64,000 nucleotides of DNA from Lytechinus pictus (taxonomy: Eukaryota): the NCBI RefSeq assembly GCF_037042905.1, contig NC_087245.1, positions 27,716,001 through 27,780,000 on the forward strand, written 5' to 3'. The notes below the pieces were generated by a model, which saw nothing but the letters and a program-made list of their open reading frames with translations, made no database searches and was not told the DNA's origin. Below are positions 13,901 through 25,900 of the stretch, piece after piece. Position 1 is the first letter of the stretch, and every line of letters starts with the position of its first letter. The translations under genes and the position numbers were made by a program.

Positions 13901-16900
13901 TAAACCCCATTTCTGTCTTTAGGGAGAGGGTCAAAGCGCCCTTTGTCATCTCCAGCTAGAGAGGTAGAGAAGAATGATATAGAGGTTTGGGCTCTGACCG
14001 ATGTTGTGTTTGTAGAGGATATACGCTCTGCTCCTATTGGAAAGGTGTTGAAGGTAAGAAGTGTATTGCAATGCAATCAGCTTATAATTAGAGCTTACAT
14101 TATACAAATAATGAATTGTTTATTTTTACAGAGTGCAATGGACAGAATACTTCATGATTGCACGAATGAAAAAACATTTATTTGGTTTATATGACACCTA
14201 AAAATTTTGAAATTTATGAATTTTGATGCAAAACCTATGTTCAAAACATGGTCATGCATTGCGAGTTCGGTCTGGTGATTGTTACGTCATTACAACATGC
14301 GCACTGCAGCTGCAGTCTCGGTGCGCGCGTGCAATGGACAAAATCGTATGGATCCAAAATTGCACGGTTGATGACGTCATTGCAAAATGGGCTGAATGAA
14401 TGATGCCAAACAACTTATCAAATCACAAGGATCTATCTAGGTATCATGTAAACATGTATTGTAGACACTGCATATCACAAATTGATGTAAGTGCCGATGC
14501 TCTAGTGCAGGATAATAATTATGTTAATTACTAATTTAGGATGACAGAAGCATGGGAAATGCTGTAAGGTGGCCTATGATTAGACGTTTTCATAGCATTG
14601 GTGACAATTATTTTGTATGTTCTGTCCATACTATGGACAAACAAGATTACCTTTGATAACTATACTTGGAAATGCCTTTTAGTGTTTGCTATGATCATCG
14701 TACGATGGACTTGTCTACAAATTTATGATGGTATAGTGAGTGGCTACAGGCTATGATAGCCTGTAGCCACTGGCCACTGGCTTGTCCATACTGTGGACAA
14801 ACAAGATTACCTTTGATAACCATACTTGGAAATGCCTTTTAGTGTTTGCTATGATCATCGTACGATGGACTTGTCTACAAATTTATGATGGTATAGTGAG
14901 TGGCTACAGGCTATGATAGTTGCGTTTACAATATTTAGAGCCATCGTATGATTTCTTGTGTCGGATATCGTAGAGAGCCAGAGACAAAGCCATACAAATG
15001 CACTACAGAGATTGAACAACGTCCATAGATGCTGCAGTGATCGTGAATCCTTACGAAGATTTTATGATCGTTGTACGTCTAGGTAGATTTTACGATTAGC
15101 AGGATATGGTCACCCTACAATGACCTTAGATCAAATGTAAATGGGGCATAACTCACAAGTAAAAAATAATTTCCATGATAGACCTATTTCTTCACTTACA
15201 GTCCATTATCCCATTCCTTCTCATCAAACCATGAGACTAGATATCATAATGCGGAAATCTTTCATTGTATGAGTAACATGGAACAATTATATACCGCTTA
15301 ATGCAAATGTTTAAGAAGCTGGCATATTATTAACCCACCTAGAGTAAGGTTTCCATTTTCAAGTGCTCATTAGCATTCAAGGAATTTCTCCAGAATAGGT
15401 ACCCATTGGCTTTACTGGAGTGGAGAGTAGCGATTGTAGAGAAATGCTGCAATATTATATATATCAAATATTTATTTTTCATTTCATATTTTCTATCGGA
15501 TCAGGTTGACGGTGCTTATGCTGCGGTCAAGTTTCCCTCTCTAGATTCTAGTGCTGAGTCTTCAGGGGATGTTGATTCCTTCCTACAAGACTGTAGACTG
15601 CTTCGCAAGGATGAACTCCAGGTAACACTTCAAGAACACTTTATTTAATGAATATGGTATTAGAACTTTTCATTCAATCGTCCATAAATTCCTGGAAACT
15701 GCAATTACAAAATGAGCTGATATCAAAAGATACAAAAGACTTGATAGGAAAATATTGTCTTAAGTGTGTGTTGCGACATAGGGTTTTGTCAAGAGGAATG
15801 CCCCCCCCTTTGGTTCAGAGTAGTAGAAACATACATGTAGTATTTATTTATTTGGTTTAATCAGTAACCTAAAAATTTCAAAGAAGGAGCTAGCAGTTTG
15901 ATGATTGATATTGAATTCCCATATGTTACACCTGCATTTTCAAACTTAAAGAATATATTACAGTTTTCTGACAAATTGATAAAAGTTTTCCTTTTTTGTA
16001 GTTTTTCAGAAATTTAAAACAATAATTATTCTGATTTTAGATTGTCAAGCAGGGCTCGGGTCCAAAGGTGCCAGATTGTTTCCAGAGAACTCCAAAGAAA
16101 CTCAACGTCCCTTCAAATGGACAAATTCTAGCTGTGTCCGTTGATTTCAGAGGTATGGTAAAAGCTTCAAATGATGATACTTATTTAGCCATGGAGCAAA
16201 TATACAAACTTCAGATCATAATGATGATTCAGCTTCTATTCAGTTCCTCAATGACCAGTTAATATCCATTTAGTTCACCCATTGCCAAAAACTGGGAAAA
16301 AATGGAATCTGTACCCAATTAATTTATTCAGTCATACATCGTGTCTGTGGTACAAATAAAAAGTGAAGGAGTTACTCTTTCACATTCTGGTCAATGTAAG
16401 TTGTAATATTCAATGATTGTTTCATATTAGCAGCCTAAAGTAGGAATACTATACCTTGCCTTTGAATTGCACTGTTTAGATATCACATGGCAATTTTTTG
16501 TTTGCTTTGCTTTTATTTCTGTGTTCAAAATAATAAAATGTGTAATATGAAATGTGTATACAAATACAATATACAAAGTAATCCATAATAATGTTAACGG
16601 TACAGTCATGACACATCATGAATACAAAGTAACAATGTGAGCATAAACTTCTCTTTTACCTAAAAGACCACTTGTAATTAATGAACTTGTTGAAAATATC
16701 ACCCGTTTTCTTTGTACTTTATTAGGTGTGCATGTCTTGGTCAAGGTGAGATCTGAGCTCTTGTACCAGCTGTATGAGCTGTGCTCCAGTCGCCCTACGA
16801 CGGAGAGCCCCTTCCCTACCGATACCAATGCTTTCATGGGAAAGAGCATTGATAATATACGACTGCACAACCCGGGCAAGGTGAGGATGATAATTATGTT

Positions 16901-19900
16901 AATTTCAGTACCAGAAAAATATATAAACAAGGGTTGTGTGTTTGCGTTTAATTGTAGATTCCACAAGGGATGTTGATTCAGTTTAATCTTAAGAGGCATT
17001 GCAGATATTCAGATATCAGACATTCAAAATATTATAAGTTACACCTTGCTTGTTCACGTAATATGGGAGATATCTACGTTCTGGGTCCATATTTCATGAG
17101 GCCAGAGGCTGAATGGAATATTGAACCAGAACGTAGATATTTCCCCGTATTTCGTAAGAACAAGCATGTAACAATTTTATCTCTATTAGTGTCTCTTTAT
17201 ATTATTGCCGAATAGGAGAAATCAATAAAATAGAACTTAAAAAATTTTGCAAAACTATGCATTTTAAGAGTAATTTTTGAAAGGAAGTCATTCATGACAT
17301 CTCTATGATCACAGTAAAAAAAATGCGCCTTTTGCCATTGAAATTGATGCGCAAATTGTAGTGTGCAGTGCGATTCTTGAATATATGGCCTCATATTACC
17401 TGGTTGAAATCAGCACATTGCATGCGTGTAACAATGAAAACAACAACAGCTAAACACCACTGGGTCACAAAGATCAAACAGGTAATAGGGGCTCATATTA
17501 CCTGTTTGATCTTTGTGACCCAGTAAAATAGGTAAATACAGGTTTGTCTCACAAACAAATCGACCAATCAGATTACAGAATTCATGAGAAATATGGTCCA
17601 CTAAAAGATAAATTATGCTGAAATAAAATCCCATATGCCTGTGTAATAGTAACAATTGTTTTTTTACATTACATTGTTTTATACTGCAGATAGTTAACAG
17701 ATATGATATACAAGGGGTATTGCTGCTCAGTAACTTATGCATCTATGTCTCAAATTTACACAAATATTGATACATGTAAATAGGACTCCACATTCAAGAA
17801 AGCTCACACCTTGTTCCCTCTGGCTATTCACTTCTCATGTGACTGAAAGTAACATACTGAGACCTTCCTCAACCTAGTGACCATGACACCATTTTTTATC
17901 AAACAAAAATGGGGCAACACCTTTTATCCCATAGCAAAATTGCCTCTTTATCATGGGAAATCTAATCTGGGTATGTTACTTGAGTCCAAACATGTTTTGG
18001 TTAGAGGAGAATGGAACCCTTGAAACCAGCAAATTGTATAAAAATTGTATAAAAAACCCAGATCAGTGACAGTTGACAAAATGAGTAATCAATAAGAAAG
18101 TTATAAAGCGTTTGAATATTGGGATGTCTTAAGTAATGTAGATCCTCTTATATGATGTGACCAAGATGTGTGATGTCACTCATGAACATAGACATTTCCA
18201 TTAAGTTTGTGCAAAAAGAAAGTGATGGGAGAAATCACCAAAGCTTATTTTGATCTCCTAGTTTATGCTTAAAATCAGAAAACGGTAATTTTGTGATAAA
18301 ATTAGAATCGAAAAGATTCTTAGCTCTTTAATTTTCTGGTCGATTTCTTGCCAACCCTTTCATTGTTCTGCTTTTATTAGTAAAACCAACCCATTAGGGT
18401 GAACCTCCCTTTAATGTGATTCCAACCTTGTTTCATTCATTCAGGACTCTGTAACCTTACTCCAAGATGGGAACAACACCTTGTATCCGTTGGCTAAGAC
18501 GGCTACTGTGACGATCAGGGATCCTAACTGGGTCGACCTTCCACCCATCCGTAGCCTGAGCATGGGCGTGCATCATCTCCCTCACCCCGGGCAGTCTACG
18601 AACATCAAGAGTAAAGCAGCTATCATGGTCATGGCTATAGAGGTATGTCAATACTTCTCACTCTCTCTTTCTGTTTCTATTCTTCAAAGGGAAAATACAG
18701 AGTTTTTGTCTCACCTGCATAGCAGAGTGAGACTATAGGCGCCGCTTTTCCGACGGCGACGGCGGCGGCGGCGGCGTCAACACCAAATCTTAACCTGAGG
18801 TTAAGTTTTTGAAATGACAGCATAACTTAGAAAGTATATGGACCTAGTTCATGAAACTTGGCCATAAGGTTAATCAAGTATTACTAAACATCCTGCCTGA
18901 GTTTCATGTCACATGACCAAGGTCAAAGGTCATTTAGGGTCAATGAACTTAGACCATGTTGGGGGAATCAACATCAAAATCTTAACCTAAGGTTAAGTTT
19001 TTGAAATGTCATCATAACTTAGAAAATATATGGACCTAGTTCATGAAACTTATACATAAGGTTAATCAGGTATCACTAAACATCCTGCACGAGTTTCACG
19101 TCACATGACCAAGGTCAAAGGTCATTTAGGGTCAATGAACTTTGGCCGAATTGGGGGTATCTGTTGAATTACCATCATAACTTTGAAAGTTTATGGATCT
19201 GATTCATGAAACTTGGACATAATAGCAATCAAGTATTACTGAACATCCTGTGCAAGTTTCAGGTCACATGATCAAGGTCAAAGGTCATTTAGGGTCAATG
19301 AACTTTGGCCAAATTGGGGTATTTGTTGAATTACAGCCATAAATTTGAAAGTGTGTTGGTCTAGTTCATAAAACTTGGACATAATAGTAATCAAGTATCA
19401 CTGAACATCCTGTGCGAGTTTCAGGTCACATGATCAAGGTCAAAGGTCATGTAAGGTCAAAGAACTTTGGCCACGTTGGGGGTATTTGTTGAATTGCCAT
19501 CATATCTCTATAAGTGTATTGGTCTAGTTCATAAAACGTGGAAATAAGAGTAACCAAGTATCACTGAACATCTTGTGCGAGTTATAGTAGTTTTCAAAAT
19601 CAGCACTGCTGCTATATTGAATCGCGTGATGCAGGTGAGACGGCCAGAGGCATTCCACTTGTTTTTTTTAGTAGTTCATGTTCAAATGTATCATTAATCT
19701 CTCTATCGAAACTTTACTTGTCATTGGCATCTGAAATTTCGAACAGCATCTTGGTTTTGGCATAACAATCGACTGATATTTACTTCAAGCTGTTATTGTG
19801 TTTGATTTTTAGAAATGAATAATGAATAGAACATTTTCAATTTTTGATAAATGGAACATGTTTCAAGATAATCAAAGCTCATACTTAGCTAATTAATTTC

Positions 19901-22900
19901 CAAGAATTTACTTATTAATAAATAATTTTTTTAAAATCGTTAAGAATGTGATGTTTAATTTTTGCTTACACAGAACCAGCTGTTGATGCCCCATGTACTG
20001 AGGTGTGATTATGAAGCAGTCTCTCATTTCCTTAGCAATCTTCAGTTAGAACCAAGTAAGTGACATCTTAATCACATCAATTTGGCTTCAATATGAATCA
20101 TTTTTGTTAATGAATGCTTTCTGTTTTTGTAAAGGATTGTTTTTCTTCTTGTGATTTCAGTTTGTCTCCACTTGTTGTTTCCCGTTTTTTTTTCAGCTTA
20201 AGCGGGTCCATGTTTATAAGATAATTTTATAATGGTGATGCACAGAATAGCTTTACAAGAAATGGAATAAGTAGCGTTCATCTTCCTTTTGGGATGTTGC
20301 CTTATCCCGGGGAGCGTTCCATGAAAGGACTTGTCATACGTTTTATGAGACATTTACCATGGGAACTGTGCTTCTCAGGCAGTCAAAATTAAGAAAACCT
20401 GTCAGATTTGACAACTTGGGCAAAAATTTCGATGAAATATTCCCCAGGGTTTCCTATTTGTTGTATGTGATTGGGCAATGAACACGTTATTAATGCTTGT
20501 TTCATTGCTGGCAGATGTGTATCATGCACGATCTGCTTTTCATAGATGGAGCCGTTTAGGGCCTGCTTGATCCTTCACAGTGATAAGATGTGTAGACTCT
20601 TGCCCCATTGCCCTTTACCACATCTTTCAGATATGTCATACAACAGCTACAGGCTGGCAATCATTACGAAGAGAGTAATTTAATTAAAAAAAAAAAAGAC
20701 TTGTTATGATAACAAATGCACTATCTCTATAAAAAGTTTATTATCAGCCAATCAGACTGAATAATTTCAGGAGCTTTGAACTGTTATTGCAAGTTTATTA
20801 TTGTAACAAGTTTTATGAAACAGACCCCTGTTTTAATGAGACGATGACCCTGACATGATTGTTATTCTTTTCCAATAGTTCCTGCGATCAAGGAGCAGAA
20901 GCTACAGCATCTTGTTGAGGAGAGGTGTGATGGAGGGAGAAACATCTTCCATGCCTGTGTCAGTCTATGCAGACCACTCTCAAATCAGACCAACAACTCA
21001 TCAACGGGTGAGAGGGCATTTTATCCTAATAATGATAATGATAATGATATTAATAATATGCAACATTAATATAATATTAAGGATAGTATCTGTTGTTGGG
21101 CTAAACTCGCTAACATAATGCTCAAATTCCCCATTGGAATTGGAAAGTATTGTCAATCACTTGACATTAAAAACCACACTGTATGCGGGGATGGAAATGG
21201 CTTGATGCATATGAGGCGCCGAATGTACCAATATTATATAGAACAATTATTTGTTATATAATCATTATTTATTAAATAATAACTATTATTTATATATAAT
21301 TTACATTTTATTTGTAAATAACTACTATTATATAAAATATCATTTCTAATTATTTATATATAATTCCAAGTAATACTTCATTATTTGTAAATAATAATAG
21401 TTCGACATTCCATTATTTATAAATAATGATTATTTGTTTTTCATTATTTATAAATAATGATTATTTGTTTTTCATTATTTATAAATAATGATTATTTGTT
21501 TTTCATTATTTATAAATAATGATTATTTGTTTTTCATTATTTACAAATAATGATTATTTGTTTTTCATTATTTATAAATAATGATTATTTGTTTTTCATT
21601 ATTTATAAATAATGATTATTTGTTTTTTCATTATTTATAAATAATGATTATTTGTTTTTCATTATTTACAAATAATGATTATTTGTTTTTCATTATTTAT
21701 AAATAATGATTATTTGTTTTTCATTATTTATAAATAATTTGTTGAGTTTTCCATTATTTATAAATAATGATTATTTGTTAAATAATGAAAACGTCTACTT
21801 CATTATTTATAAATAATTTTTTCGAGTGCACCATTATTCTCATTATTTATAAATAATCATTATTTAATGTTCGAGTTTTCCATTATTTATAAATAAAGAT
21901 TATTTGTTAAATAATGAAATATCTACTTCATTATTTATAAATAATAATTTTGTTTCAATATCCCATTATTTATAAATAATCATTATTTATAAACAATTTT
22001 TACAGTTTGCCATTATATACAAATAATCATTATTTATATACAAATAACCATTATTTATTAAATAATGCCATTATTTATTAAATAATGCCATTATTTATTA
22101 AATAATGGAAAACTCGCTATAACATGCAAATGTGGGACCGCCCATGATATGAATATTCATGATGCGATTTCCTTTTTCGTGATTTTTCTTCACAAATTTT
22201 TGTCCATTTCCTCTTCATAATGACATTTCTTGAAGCAATTTTCTAGGGATATGGTCTGATTGTAATATTCTTCATTTTCTATATAACTTCGTCTTCGTAG
22301 AAATATCAAAAAGTGTAATTCTATACGATTTTTCCTACAGTTCACAATCCCCATAGGCGCGCGTGTATCGTAGGGACAACCGGTGAATCGACGGAGTGCT
22401 CTTCATCGAAATACTACGTTGGTTGGTCCCCGGAAGTGGCGGGCGGAATTTAGCCCGAATCCTCGATGGAAGTCGATCAAGTGCATATGAGCTGAGAGAG
22501 TGAAATATCAGCTTGTACAGGCCCTTCTACTTTTTATAAATATTTCTTGTTGCTTTTTTTGTTAAGTTAATTTTTCCTGGTGTAGCTAGAGATAAGTTTC
22601 AGTTCTAATAATGCACTTCAAATACATTTTGGAGTGTCTGTTTGAGGCGATTTCACCCTGGCCCCAAAATGCTCGCAACGACAGTACGGGGGCATGATGA
22701 CCCCTAAATTTTTAAAAACTTATTTTTCTATTGAAAATTATCACAAAATTCACAAAAAGTGTGCACGAAAGCCTTCGTATTTCACTTTTAAAACTAAAAA
22801 AAGTGCCCAAATGACAAGCTTGGTCGCTTCGCTGTGTCGCTTTCAACTTGAGAACGTTTACGCGTCTGCTTCCCCCCCCCCGGCCCTCCTCCGAAAGAAA

Positions 22901-25900
22901 TTCTGTATACGGCCATGCTCTAAAGAGCCTGGCACATTGATTTATGTATACTTCATTTTCATTATTTTTATCTCATTATCATCATGGCCTTATGCAGAAT
23001 TTTTTCCAGGGGGGCCGGGGCCAGAGCATGACGCGCGTAAACTTTCTCAAAAAAATCTTGAAAGCGAGACAGCCACGGGACCAAGCCCAAATGACAAGCT
23101 TGGTCGCTTCGCTGTCTCGCTTTCAACTTGAGAACGTTTACGCGCGTCTGCCCCCACCCCCCAAAATAAATTCTGGTCGCGTCGCTGTCTCGCTTTCAAG
23201 ATTTTTTTGAGAAACTTTACGCGCGTCCTAGCTGCATGCTCCCCCCCCCCCTGGTAAAAATTCTGTGTAAGACCATGATGATAATGTGATAAAAATAATG
23301 AAAATGAAAAGTACATATAAATCAATGTGCCATATGCTCTTTTGAGCATGGCCGTTCACAGAATTTCTTTCGGGGGGTGGGGGCAGACGCGCGTAAACGT
23401 TCTCAAGTTGAAAGCGAGACAGCGAAGCGACCAAGCTTGTCATTTGGGCACTTTTTTTAGTTTTAAAAGTGAAATACGAAGGCTTTCGTGCACACTTTTG
23501 GTGAATTTTGTGATAATTTTCAATAGAAAAATAAGTTTTTAAAAATTTAGGGGTCATCATGCCCCCGTACTGTCGTTGCGAGCATTTTGGGGCCAGGGTG
23601 AAATCGCCTCAAACAGACACTCCAAAATGTATTTGAAGTGCATTATTAGAACTGAAACTTATCTCTAGCTACACCAGGAAAAATTAACAAAAAGTCCTCT
23701 GTACAAAAAATCATGATAAAGCTGAAAATGTATTTGAAGTGCATTATTAGAACTGAAACTTATCTCTAGCTACACCAGGAAAAATTAACAAAAAGCGAGC
23801 ATTTTGGGGCCAGGGTGAAATCGCCTCAAACAGACACTCCAAAATGTATTTGAAGTGCATTATTAGAACTGAAACTTATCTCTAGCTACACCAGGAAAAA
23901 TTAACTTAACAAAAAAAGCAACAAGAAATATTTATAAAAAGTAGAAGGGCCTGTACAAGTACACTGATATTTCACTCTCTCAGCTCATATGCACTTGATC
24001 GACTTCCATCGAGGATTCGGGCTAAATTCCGCCCGCCACTTCCGGGGACCAACCAACGTAGTATTTCGATGAAGAGCACTCCGTCGATTCACCGGTTGTC
24101 CCTACGATACACGCGCGCCTATGGGGATTGTGAACTGTAGGAAAAATCGTATAGAATTACACTTTTTGATATTTCTACGAAGACGAAGTTATATAGAAAA
24201 TGAAGAATATTACAATCAGACCATATCCCTAGAAAATTGCTTCAAGAAATGTCATTATGAAGAGGAAATGGACAAAAATTTGTGAAGAAAAATCACGAAA
24301 AAGGAAATCGCATCATGAATATTCATATCATGGGCGGTCCCACATTTGCATGTTATAGCGAGTTTTCCATTATTTAATAAATAATGGCATTATTTAATAA
24401 ATAATGGCATTATTTAATAAATAATGGTTATTTGTATATAAATAATGATTATTTGTATATAATGGCAAACTGTAAAAATTGTTTATAAATAATGATTATT
24501 TATAAATAATGGGATATTGAAACAAAATTATTATTTATAAATAATGAAGTAGATATTTCATTATTTAACAAATAATCTTTATTTATAAATAATGGAAAAC
24601 TCGAACATTAAATAATGATTATTTATAAATAATGAGAATAATGGTGCACTCGAAAAAATTATTTATAAATAATGAAGTAGACGTTTTCATTATTTAACAA
24701 ATAATCATTATTTATAAATAATGGAAAACTCAACAAATTATTTATAAATAATGAAAAACAAATAATCATTATTTATAAATAATGAAAAACAAATAATCAT
24801 TATTTGTAAATAATGAAAAACAAATAATCATTATTTATAAATAATGAAAAAACAAATAATCATTATTTATAAATAATGAAAAACAAATAATCATTATTTA
24901 TAAATAATGAAAAACAAATAATCATTATTTGTAAATAATGAAAAACAAATAATCATTATTTATAAATAATGAAAAACAAATAATCATTATTTATAAATAA
25001 TGAAAAACAAATAATCATTATTTATAAATAATGGAATGTCGAACTATTATTATTTACAAATAATGAAGTATTACTTGGAATTATATATAAATAATTAGAA
25101 ATGATATTTTATATAATAGTAGTTATTTACAAATAAAATGTAAATTATATATAAATAATAGTTATTATTTAATAAATAATGATTATATAACAAATAATTG
25201 TTCTATATAATATTGGTACATTCGGCGCCTCATAGATGCAGACATTGACAATAGGGTAAAAATGATATGTAGCCTTTTTTTAAAGTATACAATGATTAGG
25301 ATACCATTGAAGCCAGTCTTGAGCTTTTTCATTGCACTAATGAATATATGATAAGGAAAATTAAACAATTTAAAAAGAAATCATCAGACACTTTATTATG
25401 TCCTTCATGTTAATGGGGATGAATGAACTTTACCCTTTGACCTTAACAGAATCCAGCAGTCTGGCTACTTTGACCTCTGAAGTGAGCAGCCGTGCTAAGA
25501 TGTTGTGTAATGCCCTCCACACTCTGAGCAACGCAATAGCGGGAGCAGCTATGGCTTCTGGTAGTGGTCCCAGTTCACATGGGTAAGTGAGTCGGGGGTT
25601 GGGGGCGGAGGGGGTGTTTGGTGTTTCTCAGTGCTGTAACTCTAACTTTCTCAAATATAACTGTGACTCGACTCAAGTGAGGGGTATTTTGATATTTTCC
25701 AGTGCTGTAACTCTAACTTTCTCAAATATAACACTCAAGCAGTACAGAGAGCGCACATATTTATTATGTGAATATTGTTAAGTTGAAGGGAAGGTGTATC
25801 ATGCCTGTATGGTGAAGTGCATGACCTATGGTAGGGAGGCATGGGCAACAAAATCATCCAGCTTGGAGCAAGTTGAAGGCTGAGATAGATATACAGGGTT

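Noticed and set aside
21411..21721. CRISPR-like regular repeats
   Set aside because: Head-to-tail tandem units with no unique spacers, in a eukaryotic context with no cas genes.
22694..23560. Mirror-image ORFs ([11 protein letters not shown]..) on + and - strands
   Set aside because: Produced by the foldback inverted repeat; no recognisable domain, and the frames diverge between arms.
25438..25449. U12-type branch-like ccttaac before an acceptor
   Set aside because: Too close to the AG, and the matching donor (gtgaga) is U2-type.
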